Assembly (NCBI GenBank): GCA_965217035.1
Contig: OZ244226.1
Span: 682,001 to 746,000 of the forward strand
Length of the DNA: 64,000 nucleotides
From: Bacteriovoracaceae bacterium
Lineage (GTDB): Bacteria; Bdellovibrionota; Bacteriovoracia; Bacteriovoracales; Bacteriovoracaceae
Reading direction: 5' to 3'
In this document: positions 38,622 to 47,543 of the stretch, piece by piece
How the letters are laid out: every line of letters begins with the position of its first letter
Position numbering within the stretch: position 1 is the stretch's first letter
The notes under the pieces: generated by a model
What the model was told of the DNA's origin: nothing
What the model saw: only the letters and a program-made list of their open reading frames with translations
Databases searched by the model: none
Program-made: the position numbers and the translations under genes

Positions 38622-39236
38622 TTACTGAACTCTCTCAGAAACTTGATTAGAGAGATAACTAATCATCCCCATAACACGACCACGCTTGATCGCCTTTGTT
38701 ACTCTTCTTTGGTAACGCGGACGAAGTCCAGTGATACGACCTGGAGAAATTTTCCCAAATTCATTAACAAACCAGTTGTAAGTTTTTGGATTTTTCCAAT
38801 CAGGTTCTGTTTTATTAAGCGTGAAATAACAAGACTTACGCTTAGATAAGATTTTCTTTTCTTTCTCAAGCTTGAGAGCCTCTTTCTTATCAGTAACATT
38901 ATCGTGATTAGGGTTTTTGTAACCTTTCACAATTTTGTCTTGCTCTGTATCATCACCAAGTTTAACAACAAGCCATTTCAAAACGCTTTCAGAAATCTTA
39001 AGGCGTCTTTCGATTTCATTCACAACCGTTCCTGGTGCCCTAAAAATAAGATAAAGGTACTGTCCTTTTGTCTCACCCTTTTCAGTTGGCTGAGCGAAAG
39101 TCCGAAGACCCCAATCATCATTAACAAGTGTTTCACCACCTGCAGCAGCGATAGCATCAGCGTAAATGGATTTTACTTTTGCGAGGTTTTCCTCAGGAAT
39201 GCCGTTCTTCACGACAAAAGCCGATTCATAGATCAT
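38622..39236 (-). CDS. rpsF-rpsR: Fused 30S ribosomal proteins S6 (N-terminal) and S18 (C-terminal)
   Basis: YES...WGLRTFAQP...G.YLY...IERRLKISESVLK (S6), then KRKSCYF...DWKN...FVNEFGKISPGRITG...QRRVTKAIKRGRVMG (S18), in one 204 aa frame. Confidence 0.92.
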   Translation of the reverse strand: MIYESAFVVKNGIPEENLAKVKSIYADAIAAAGGETLVNDDWGLRTFAQPTEKGETKGQYLYLIFRAPGTVVNEIERRLKISESVLKWLVVKLGDDTEQDKIVKGYKNPNHDNVTDKKEALKLEKEKKILSKRKSCYFTLNKTEPDWKNPKTYNWFVNEFGKISPGRITGLRPRYQRRVTKAIKRGRVMGMISYLSNQVSERVQ

Positions 39237-39239
39237 AGA

Positions 39240-39292
39240 TTAACTCCTGGTCTATTGGCCCCTAGCTCGTTTCTGTCTAGGAGCAAGTTAAT
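39240..39292 (-). promoter_or_regulatory. Putative S6:S18 ribosomal-protein leader RNA
   Basis: Minus strand TAACTTG-CTCCTAG-loop-CTAGGGG-CCAATAGAC-CAGGAGTTA: upper hairpin, CC-containing bulge and a lower stem pairing with the RBS. Confidence 0.7.
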
Positions 39293-39435
39293 AATAAAAA
39301 TGTCTTGTTGTTTCTATCATCCTCGTATGGATGCGGCCAGTAATCTCTGGTGAATCAATGCGTTATTCTTGTTATCTAAGCTTACTTTGGACATAAAAGA
39401 ACTTCTTTCGTATAAATTCATTACAGAAGAAGTCC

Positions 39436-41526
39436 ATGAAGTTTTTATTACTGCCAATATTTATTTTTTTCTTTACTCTATGTGGTTTCACTCAAAATTT
39501 TAGCTTAACAAATGCTGACGTTTTTCAGAGCTGTGACTTTGTCCATAATGACCAATATTCTCTTTCTAGCCTTTCACAATCAATTCAAGGAATTCTCAAA
39601 CAAAAACTCGAAGGGGACCAGGCTTGTAATGCTTCCTTTAATAAACTTCATACAGACCTCTCAAGAATTGATCAACTAATCAACCAAACCGTTTCAGCTA
39701 CTACAGCACAAGAAATCTATAATGAAACATATACATCATATATTGTAGAGCTAACAAGAGAGGCTAGTCTTCTCGATACCAATGATGAATCTCAAAAACT
39801 TAAATATGATTTAATCCTTTCGCAAATTGACCAACTAAAAAGTCAGCTTTATGACAATGAATATGCTCTTGAATTAAATAAAGAGGTATTTAAACAAGGA
39901 GTATCTACTTCTTTCAAAAAGAATATTTTTAGTTACGCCAAAAACTTATTCTCAAGTCTTTCGAGTGCTCAGCCCGAATGCATTAATAATATTGGAGGTT
40001 GGGATCAGCTCGTTCCAGTAATCGCCAGTGTTGCCTCTCAAGTAGGAGGAAGCTTGGGACCATCAGGAGCTGTTATAGGTGCAGGACTTGAAGCCTCTTC
40101 ACAGCTAGCTATACTGCTTCAAAACACTCGTTTAAAAAAAGCTATTACTAGAATTACAAGAATTCAAAACTCTCAAGTCATTCAGTGTGCTTATCTTTCT
40201 CTCCAAACTACAGCATGTGACCTTCAGAGAGCAAAAGAATTCTCACAGAACACCGATAAATTAAAAGAAATTATTTTCAGGAAGCCAGGAGCTTCAAAGT
40301 TTAAAGAGTACGAAAAGTTTTATGTTGCCCTCAACACTCTTCCTATCATTAATAGTGTTTTACAAGATATTGGAGAAATGGGGTCTGCTGTAACTCTCGA
40401 TGTGAACCTTATTGAGAAGTATTTTCGTTTTCTACGGGCCAGACCTAGAGATATAGAACTTCCTCCTGAAGATGCTAGCGATAGCAGCAAACAGGCATTT
40501 CTCCAAAGAATGAGAGCACGAGGAGTTGAATTTCAAGAAAGAAGCTTTGATGGAACAATTTTCACACTTAGTGAGCAGTTGAAACAAGTTAAAAATTATA
40601 AAGAAACTGCAATTGCGTTTATTGATTCAACTATTAGCTTACTTCAAGAGAAAAGATCCTTTGTTGATCTCCTAGGAGAAGTTACCATAAAAAAACAAAA
40701 CCTTCTAAACGAACTGCTTATACTCTCTGGATATCTAAAAGAGTTTGAGGAAGAAAAAGGTTTTCCTAATCAATACCTAGGAATTCTTAAAGCCGCTGAC
40801 AGGATGCTTACTGCTTTAATTGAATTCACTTCAGTTGATGCAAAAAATATTGACTACGAAACTTACAAACAACAAGTAGACGAAAAAGGACGTCGTCTCT
40901 TTGAAGTCATGTCTGAAGGTTCAGTCGCTCAGATCAGTCAACAGACAGTTCTTATGGTTCCTGCTATCGCTTTTGAAAGGTTTACTCGCCCTTTTAGGGC
41001 CATAGAGAATTACTTCCTCAATAAAGATATTCAAGAAAGAGAAAATCCTGAACATATTTCCTTTGCTGATTATACCGTTGATAAATCACTTCAAGTAACA
41101 GTTCAGAATGATGTAGCCGCTTTAACCGGATCTGGAAGCTCAAATCGACTAGAACTTTTTGAAGCAACAAAGAAAAGTTTTCATAAAGGTTTTAAAAAAG
41201 AAATTAAACAGATGATAAAAAAAGCTTTGAGCTCAAAATCAGAAGTTCTTAATTCATTTGAAGGAGCAACTGCTCCTCATATTTGCTCACTCTTCTCAAG
41301 TTTTTTAAAAGAGGAAGCGCCCCAAATTTTAAAAAAGTGTAAAGAGAAATATAAATCTCTTGAACTTTTTGAAATCCTTGGAAGGTTTAATCGAAAAACA
41401 TCGATGAATATTGATTATAGCAAAGCCTGTTTTTATATCGATTATAAGCGAGAAGAGAGTGCGCAAAGAATTCTCTTTGAACGACTAAAAGATTACGCAA
41501 TTACTGGCACAAAAAAATTTCCATAA
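39436..41526 (+). CDS. Large secreted helical hypothetical protein
   Basis: 696 aa; signal peptide; Gly/Ala-rich internal hydrophobic segment; several Cys. Confidence 0.75.
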   Translation: MKFLLLPIFIFFFTLCGFTQNFSLTNADVFQSCDFVHNDQYSLSSLSQSIQGILKQKLEGDQACNASFNKLHTDLSRIDQLINQTVSATTAQEIYNETYTSYIVELTREASLLDTNDESQKLKYDLILSQIDQLKSQLYDNEYALELNKEVFKQGVSTSFKKNIFSYAKNLFSSLSSAQPECINNIGGWDQLVPVIASVASQVGGSLGPSGAVIGAGLEASSQLAILLQNTRLKKAITRITRIQNSQVIQCAYLSLQTTACDLQRAKEFSQNTDKLKEIIFRKPGASKFKEYEKFYVALNTLPIINSVLQDIGEMGSAVTLDVNLIEKYFRFLRARPRDIELPPEDASDSSKQAFLQRMRARGVEFQERSFDGTIFTLSEQLKQVKNYKETAIAFIDSTISLLQEKRSFVDLLGEVTIKKQNLLNELLILSGYLKEFEEEKGFPNQYLGILKAADRMLTALIEFTSVDAKNIDYETYKQQVDEKGRRLFEVMSEGSVAQISQQTVLMVPAIAFERFTRPFRAIENYFLNKDIQERENPEHISFADYTVDKSLQVTVQNDVAALTGSGSSNRLELFEATKKSFHKGFKKEIKQMIKKALSSKSEVLNSFEGATAPHICSLFSSFLKEEAPQILKKCKEKYKSLELFEILGRFNRKTSMNIDYSKACFYIDYKREESAQRILFERLKDYAITGTKKFP

Positions 41527-41662
41527 TCTTTCTAATTGTAAATGATTCACGAACAAGAAAAACAAGATGAGAAGCTGAGGCGTACGCTTCGGTACGTCGC
41601 AAGATTCGAACTCGAAGTTTGATGAAGTTATTGGATTATTTTCTTCTGAAATTTAGAAGATT
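41525..41662 (+). repeat. ERIC-like palindromic element, copy B, between convergent genes (ends approximate)
   Basis: Core GAGGCGTAC-GCTTCG-GTACGTCGCA (41577-41601); arms aaatgattca/tggattattt and ttctaa/ttagaa. Confidence 0.75.
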
Positions 41663-43224
41663 TCGTACTGCTCAACGTGATAGTTATTATCCGCTCTTAT
41701 CGAAAGATTTTTATTATGAACTTCTTCCACCGTTTCGATAATCCCAAATTCTTCTCCCGCTAACCGAGCACAGACTTCAGGATGAGCAAATACTTGAATT
41801 TTCGATTTTTGAGATTTTCTCACTGTTTTCATCACTTCACGAATAACTTCAAAACAGACAGTTAAAACAGACTTTACTCTCCCTGTCCCTTCGCAATAAG
41901 GACAAAATTCACACATAGTCCTAATCAAAGTATCTCGAGTTCTTTTTCGAGTCATCTCAACCAGACCAAGTTCTGAAATAGGAAGAACATTTGTCTTAGC
42001 ACGATCTTTCTTTAACGCTTCGATTAATGCCGTATAAACCTGTTCCCTATGTTCCAATTTTTCCATGTCGATAAAATCAACAATAATCAAGCCACCACAG
42101 TTTCGAAGACGCAGCTGATAAGCTATTTCTTTAACAGCTTCAAGGTTTGTTTTGAGGATTGTTTCTTCAAGAGTTTTCTTTCCTACAAACTTCCCGGTAT
42201 TCACATCAATTGAGACTAAAGCCTCTGTCTGATCAACATTAATGGATCCACCTGACTTTAGGTAAACCTTATTACTAAGTGCACGTTCTATTTCAAGGTC
42301 GACTCCATAATGTTCGAAAATAGGAGTTTCATCATTATAAAACTGAATTTTTCCTTTCATTTGAGGAAGATATTTCGTTGCAAACTTTTCGACCTGCTTC
42401 ATGGTTGATTTATTATCAACGACAATCTTATCGACATCTTCATCTGTAATATCTCTTAGGGCCCGTTGAAGGAAATTAAGGTCATGATAAATAAGAGAAG
42501 CTGCTTTCGCTTTCTCTAATTTCTTTTGAACATCCTTCCAAACTTTTACAAGAACATCGTAGTCTTTCTTCAAAGTTTTATAGGACTGCCCTTCGGCAAC
42601 AGTTCTCGCAATCACTCCTTTTCCTTCCGGACGGATTGACTCAAGAGCTTCTTTTAAGCGGTCACGCTCTTCTTCTTTTTCTATTCTTCTAGAAACACCG
42701 ACATGTTCAATGAAAGGCATATAAACAATATGCCTACCTGCTAAAGTGATATGTCGAGTAACTCTTGGTCCTTTTGTTGAAATAGGCTCCTTAGCCACTT
42801 GAACCAAAATTTCTTGTCCTTCCTTGAGAACATCTTGAATTTTCACGTCTGGTCGAAATTTAAGATCAACCGTTTCAGAAAGTGTACTCATCTCATCATG
42901 AATAACTTGTCCAGGCTTTCTCTCTCTCTCTTCATTAAGCTCTTTAAGTTTTTCAGCCATTTCTCTTTGCTCTTCGAGAGTTGGAAGATAAGCATCATCG
43001 ACATAAAGAAAGGCTGCTCTGTCAGTTCCAATGTCAATGAAGGCTGATTGCATTCCCGGGAGAACTCTTAGGACACGACCTTGATAAATATTCCCGACGA
43101 CTGGATAATTTTGGGATTCTTTATCATGAGAACGATGGATCAAAAGATCAAGAATCTCACTATTCTCCACCAATGCAACACGGCATTCCTTATCAGTTTC
43201 ATTAACAATTAGCTCTTTAGACAT
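41653..43224 (-). CDS. rng: Ribonuclease G/E family
   Basis: GNIYQGRV.RVLPGMQSAFID, QVAKEP...KGPR, IDVNTG, LRNCGGLIIVDFIDM, CPYCEGTG. Confidence 0.93.
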   Translation of the reverse strand: MSKELIVNETDKECRVALVENSEILDLLIHRSHDKESQNYPVVGNIYQGRVLRVLPGMQSAFIDIGTDRAAFLYVDDAYLPTLEEQREMAEKLKELNEERERKPGQVIHDEMSTLSETVDLKFRPDVKIQDVLKEGQEILVQVAKEPISTKGPRVTRHITLAGRHIVYMPFIEHVGVSRRIEKEEERDRLKEALESIRPEGKGVIARTVAEGQSYKTLKKDYDVLVKVWKDVQKKLEKAKAASLIYHDLNFLQRALRDITDEDVDKIVVDNKSTMKQVEKFATKYLPQMKGKIQFYNDETPIFEHYGVDLEIERALSNKVYLKSGGSINVDQTEALVSIDVNTGKFVGKKTLEETILKTNLEAVKEIAYQLRLRNCGGLIIVDFIDMEKLEHREQVYTALIEALKKDRAKTNVLPISELGLVEMTRKRTRDTLIRTMCEFCPYCEGTGRVKSVLTVCFEVIREVMKTVRKSQKSKIQVFAHPEVCARLAGEEFGIIETVEEVHNKNLSIRADNNYHVEQYEIF

Positions 43225-43354
43225 AGACAATAATATACTGGAATCGGAGGAAGCCGTCTAAAAAAGACCGATTTTTTCCCTCTCTTGAATCGCTTTTTGA
43301 ATATGAACTCATGAAAACTGGACACCAAGGGTATGAGCCTGAGATATTTCTAAT

Positions 43355-43954
43355 ATGAAATATCTCTCAGCCTTGGCCCCACTTTTTGTTTATAGTTATC
43401 TTAGGTTTTTTGCTCGCCCTCAACTACTCGCTTTATTTGGACCAAATGGAGATTATTGGTTTGAAGTTCTATTCTGTATTCTTGCTCTTATTTTACATTT
43501 CAAAAGAATCCTCTTCTTATTTAACAAGAGACTTATAAAACTTTATACTCTTTCATTAGCTGGAGGGTTTCTTACTTTATTAGGGGCGAAACTCTTTAAA
43601 CTCACAATCCCATTTGATCTCACTGAGTTTTCAAATATTATGCTCTTAGTATTATGGGGACCGATTTTAGAAGAGTTTCTTTTCCGTTTTGCTCTCTACT
43701 GGCCTTTGCACGCTGGCCTTGGAAAAGTAATCGCTGGATTAATCACAAGTTTATTTTTTAGCTATTGTCACTTCCATGCTTATTTCCTCGTTCCTAGAAA
43801 TCTTAAAAGTTTTGTGATTTACCAAACGATCTATACATTTATTATTGGTTATTGGTGGGTTGAGGAATATCAAAAGGAGAGAAATTTAGTCGCCCCTTTG
43901 GGAATGCACATACTGTTTAACTTTGGATTCTATCTTGGCTTACTATTGATCTAG
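43355..43954 (+). CDS. CPBP (CAAX/Abi) intramembrane metalloprotease
   Basis: PILEEFLFR, FSYCH, MHILFN motifs; multi-TM. Confidence 0.88.
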   Translation: MKYLSALAPLFVYSYLRFFARPQLLALFGPNGDYWFEVLFCILALILHFKRILFLFNKRLIKLYTLSLAGGFLTLLGAKLFKLTIPFDLTEFSNIMLLVLWGPILEEFLFRFALYWPLHAGLGKVIAGLITSLFFSYCHFHAYFLVPRNLKSFVIYQTIYTFIIGYWWVEEYQKERNLVAPLGMHILFNFGFYLGLLLI

Positions 43955-44323
43955 GCTAAAGCTCTCTTCTGGTAAGAAATTAACTCTATGCTTAACATCA
44001 TAACGTTTTCCACTTTCAGGAAGAGGAAAATCCGTTTCATAAATAACATTCTTTAAGCACTTTCTTAATCCTTTAGAAAACTTAGCTTCTTTTTTTGCTC
44101 TTTCAATTTCAATACTCTCTGGTTCACCTTCTCCAGACAAAGTGATTTCAAAATAGAAAGATGCTTTTCCAATATCACGATCATTTAAACATCGCTTTAG
44201 ATCAGGTTCAGCCTTTTTAAGAGTTGACTTAATTTCTTTTTTACCGATCTCAGAGTTTATTTTAACCGTTTTTTGAGTCGAACAGGATAAAAAAACAATC
44301 AACAGAAAAATCATTCTTTTCAT
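43943..44323 (-). CDS. Small lipoprotein with an AgmX/PglI-type (TonB-C-like) domain
   Basis: Lipobox FLSC; LKRC...FEITLSG...CLKNVI...FPLP pattern. Confidence 0.6.
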   Translation of the reverse strand: MKRMIFLLIVFLSCSTQKTVKINSEIGKKEIKSTLKKAEPDLKRCLNDRDIGKASFYFEITLSGEGEPESIEIERAKKEAKFSKGLRKCLKNVIYETDFPLPESGKRYDVKHRVNFLPEESFSLDQ

Positions 44324-44449
44324 TATGAAGCCCTTTTATAAGTAGGTGATCCTAGGAGACGGTCGAGCGAAAAATAAGGCTTACTGAAAGTAAGTCGCAG
44401 TTTTAAGTGAAATGTCGATAACGGAGATTCATTTATAAAACGCTTCATA
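44324..44449 (+). mobile_element. ERIC-like palindromic element (putative MITE), copy C, 126 bp, TA at both ends
   Basis: Terminal inverted repeats TATGAAGC/GCTTCATA and TTTTATAAGT/ATTTATAAAA; core AAGGCTTAC-TGAAA-GTAAGTCGCA (44376-44399). Confidence 0.8.
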
Positions 44450-45659
44450 TCAAAATCCCTGCGATCGTCGCTGTCATCAAACAAGCCAAAGTCCCACCAA
44501 TTAATGACTTAATTCCAAGTCTCGAAAGATCTTGAGTTCTATTAGGTGCTAATGTACCAATTCCACCAATCTGAATAGCAATAGAACTAAAGTTTGCAAA
44601 TCCACAAAGCGCATAAGTTGAAATGATAACAGAACGCTTTGAAAGAGTTCCGAGCATCGCTTTCAAATCTAAATAAGCAACAAATTCATTAATAACAAGT
44701 TTCTTAGCCAGTAGAGTTCCTACTTGAGTGCATTCTTCCCAAGGAACTCCCATGATGAATGAAACAGGTGCAAACACATACCCCATAATTAACTCAAAAC
44801 TCAATTGAGGAAAACCGACAAGTCCGCCGAAGTATCCAAGTATTCCATTAAGCATTGCAATCAAAGCAATAAAAACTAAGAGCATCGCCCCTACATTAAG
44901 AGCAAGTTTTAAACCTTCACCGGCTCCCGCTGCCGCAGCATCAATAATATTGACAGTATTCTTCTCGGCGTTTAATTCCACTTTTCCAGCTGTTTTTGAC
45001 TTCTCACTTTCAGGGACTAGGAGTTTGGCACAAACAAGAGCAGCCGGAGCTGACATAACAGAAGCTGAGAGTAAGTGACCAGCGTCAATTCCAAATCCGA
45101 CATAAGCTGCAAGAACACCACCTGCAACCGTGGCCATCCCACCGGTCATCAAGGCCATAAGCTCAGAGTTCGTCATATCATTGACATAAGGCCTTACGAC
45201 TAAAGGAGCTTCCGTCTGACCAACAAAAATATTAGCAGCAGCACTTAATGATTCCGCTCCAGAAACACGCATGACTTTCATCATCACCCAAGCTGACCAT
45301 TGAACTATTTTTTGCATAATTCCAATATGATAAAGAATACTCATGAGAGAACTCATAAACATAACTGTCGGTAAAACAAGAAAGGCAAAAATAAAACCAC
45401 TCTTTTCAACATTGATTAGATCACCAAAAATAAACCTCGAGCCTTCAGCTGTGTAAGCAAGAATGGCGTTAAAAAAATCTTTTGCTCCATCAAAAAACAA
45501 ACGCCCTCCCGATGTTTTCAGAATGAGAACTGCAAGAAAGAGTTGTAAACCAACACCCATCCCAACAGTTCGCCATGCGATCTTTTTACGATCAGTACTG
45601 AGAACATAGCCAATGCCAATAAAAATTAAGAGACCAATGAATGATATGAGTTTTTCCAT
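44445..45659 (-). CDS. nupC: Concentrative nucleoside transporter (CNT/NupC family)
   Basis: ESLSAAANIFVGQTEAP, SVMSAPA, KLVINEFVAY, YALCGFAN. Confidence 0.95.
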   Translation of the reverse strand: MEKLISFIGLLIFIGIGYVLSTDRKKIAWRTVGMGVGLQLFLAVLILKTSGGRLFFDGAKDFFNAILAYTAEGSRFIFGDLINVEKSGFIFAFLVLPTVMFMSSLMSILYHIGIMQKIVQWSAWVMMKVMRVSGAESLSAAANIFVGQTEAPLVVRPYVNDMTNSELMALMTGGMATVAGGVLAAYVGFGIDAGHLLSASVMSAPAALVCAKLLVPESEKSKTAGKVELNAEKNTVNIIDAAAAGAGEGLKLALNVGAMLLVFIALIAMLNGILGYFGGLVGFPQLSFELIMGYVFAPVSFIMGVPWEECTQVGTLLAKKLVINEFVAYLDLKAMLGTLSKRSVIISTYALCGFANFSSIAIQIGGIGTLAPNRTQDLSRLGIKSLIGGTLACLMTATIAGILI

Positions 45660-45714
45660 AAATCCAATTTACAGAATTGAATCAATATTAATAGAAAAAA
45701 ACCCATCAAATAAG

Positions 45715-46167
45715 TCAGAAATTTGTCGTGTAGTTAAAAAACTGGAGCCCTTGTGACCCTAAGCCTTTAGCAATGTGAGAATTTGGTATGTCTTTGTACC
45801 TGAAGCTGTAAGTTCTACCATCAACTGGCTGAACCTGATGTTGAGGCCCTTGAAAAGCTGGTGGAGTATTCGCCTGACGATATGCAACATAAAGCACGCC
45901 AGCAATAATTCCAATTGCTCCTCCCGTGAGAATATTATCGTAATGGTCATCAGGTTCACTAACAAAAGAGAGAGTTGAAAGGCCGAGAACAGCCCCAGCT
46001 CCACCCGCGGCAAGTACAATCATAAAATCGTTTTTAGACTGATCTACAAGATTTGGCTGATATTGTTGATTTTGATAGTTCGGTTCCCCATAATCTTGCG
46101 AATATCCACTATTTATAAGTGAAATACTAAGAAAAAGAGCTGAAATTCCTGCTAGTAGCTTTTTCAT
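45715..46167 (-). CDS. Secreted/membrane hypothetical protein with a Gly-rich hydrophobic hairpin
   Basis: Signal peptide MKKLLAG; AAGGAGAVLGLSTLSF...GGAIGIIAGV. Confidence 0.7.
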   Translation of the reverse strand: MKKLLAGISALFLSISLINSGYSQDYGEPNYQNQQYQPNLVDQSKNDFMIVLAAGGAGAVLGLSTLSFVSEPDDHYDNILTGGAIGIIAGVLYVAYRQANTPPAFQGPQHQVQPVDGRTYSFRYKDIPNSHIAKGLGSQGLQFFNYTTNF

Positions 46168-46226
46168 CAAAACAATCCCCTGTATACTCATATTTTAAGC
46201 ATTTTATAACTAAAAGTTAAACTTAA

Positions 46227-47543
46227 ATGAACGATCTGAGTGCCTATAGAATTATAGACCGGAAGAAGCGAGGAATCGAACTTGCTTCTGACGAAATTAG
46301 TTGGTTTATCCAAGGGGTAACCGACGGCTCTATTCCTGATTATCAATCATCTGCATTTCTAATGGCAGTTTATTGCAATGGTATGACCGTGAAGGAAACA
46401 GCAGCCCTCACAAAATGCATGCTTCACAGTGGGCATGTTTTTAAATTTCGAGGAAAAAATATTATTGATAAACATTCAACCGGTGGAGTTGGTGATAAAA
46501 CTAGTTTTATCCTCGCCCCCATTGCAGCTGTTTGTGGAGTAAAAGTTCCCATGGTCGCTGGTCGTGGCCTCGGGCACACTGGTGGAACTGTTGATAAGAT
46601 TGAATCAATAAAAGGTTTTCACACTTCTCTGACTCTTAAGCAATTTGAACAAAGACTTCATAAAAACAATATTGTCATGATTGGGCAAACAAAGAAGATA
46701 GCACCTGCTGATGGTATACTTTATGCTCTTCGAGATGTTACAGCAACAATTGATTCCATCCCTCTCATTACCGCTTCTATTATGAGCAAGAAACTTGCTG
46801 AGGGTGCAAATGGAATTGTCATGGATATCAAAACTGGTAACGGTGCTTTCATGGCAGAACAAAAACAAGCTGAAGCATTAGGGAAATCTATTATTCAAAC
46901 AGCTAAAGCTTTTAATAAAAAAGCTACAGTTCTTATAACTGACATGAACCAACCACTTGGAAACTATGTTGGAAACTCTTTAGAAATCATTGAGAGTATA
47001 AAAACTCTTCGAGGAGAAGGTCCTAAAGATCTTACAGATATCTCAGTAGAGCTCGCTGCTCAAATGGTTTTTCTTGGTGAGAAAGCAAAAACTTTAGCTG
47101 AAGCACGTAAAAAATGTCGAGAAGCAATTAACTCAGGAGCTGCATTAAAATGCTTCAGAGATCTTGTGACTTCGCAAGGTGGGGATGGAAAACTAATCGA
47201 CAATCCAGAGAAGCTTCCGGTCGCCAAAATAAAAACAATAGTAAAAGCTCCAAAGAATGGTTACGTCCACAACTTTAAAACCAAAGAGATTGGAATGAAA
47301 TTAATCGACCTTAAAGGTGGTCGAAAAAAGAGTTCTGACAAACTCGACCTTTCTGTTGGTTTTATTTTTGAATGTGAAATCGGTGATAAAGTAAAGAAAG
47401 GTGACACTCTTTTAACAATTTATCACCATAAATCTCAACAAAAAATTGCCAATTCAATTAAGAAAGATTTTATGGACACTATTATAACAATCAAGGCTTC
47501 AAAAGCCTCTTCTTCGAAACTCATTAAAAAAGTATTAAAATGA
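46227..47543 (+). CDS. pdp: Thymidine/pyrimidine-nucleoside phosphorylase
   Basis: DKHSTGGVGDK, GRGLGHTGGT, LITASIMSKK. Confidence 0.95.
   Translation: MNDLSAYRIIDRKKRGIELASDEISWFIQGVTDGSIPDYQSSAFLMAVYCNGMTVKETAALTKCMLHSGHVFKFRGKNIIDKHSTGGVGDKTSFILAPIAAVCGVKVPMVAGRGLGHTGGTVDKIESIKGFHTSLTLKQFEQRLHKNNIVMIGQTKKIAPADGILYALRDVTATIDSIPLITASIMSKKLAEGANGIVMDIKTGNGAFMAEQKQAEALGKSIIQTAKAFNKKATVLITDMNQPLGNYVGNSLEIIESIKTLRGEGPKDLTDISVELAAQMVFLGEKAKTLAEARKKCREAINSGAALKCFRDLVTSQGGDGKLIDNPEKLPVAKIKTIVKAPKNGYVHNFKTKEIGMKLIDLKGGRKKSSDKLDLSVGFIFECEIGDKVKKGDTLLTIYHHKSQQKIANSIKKDFMDTIITIKASKASSSKLIKKVLK

Noticed and set aside
38904..39353. 149-aa plus-strand ORF and the many other short nested or antisense ORFs in the track
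   Set aside because: They overlap well-supported genes and carry no recognisable motifs.
22280..44449. CRISPR array or integron attC sites as the explanation for the palindromes
   Set aside because: Copies are about 3-19 kb apart, not regularly spaced; no cas or integrase gene; they flank housekeeping genes.
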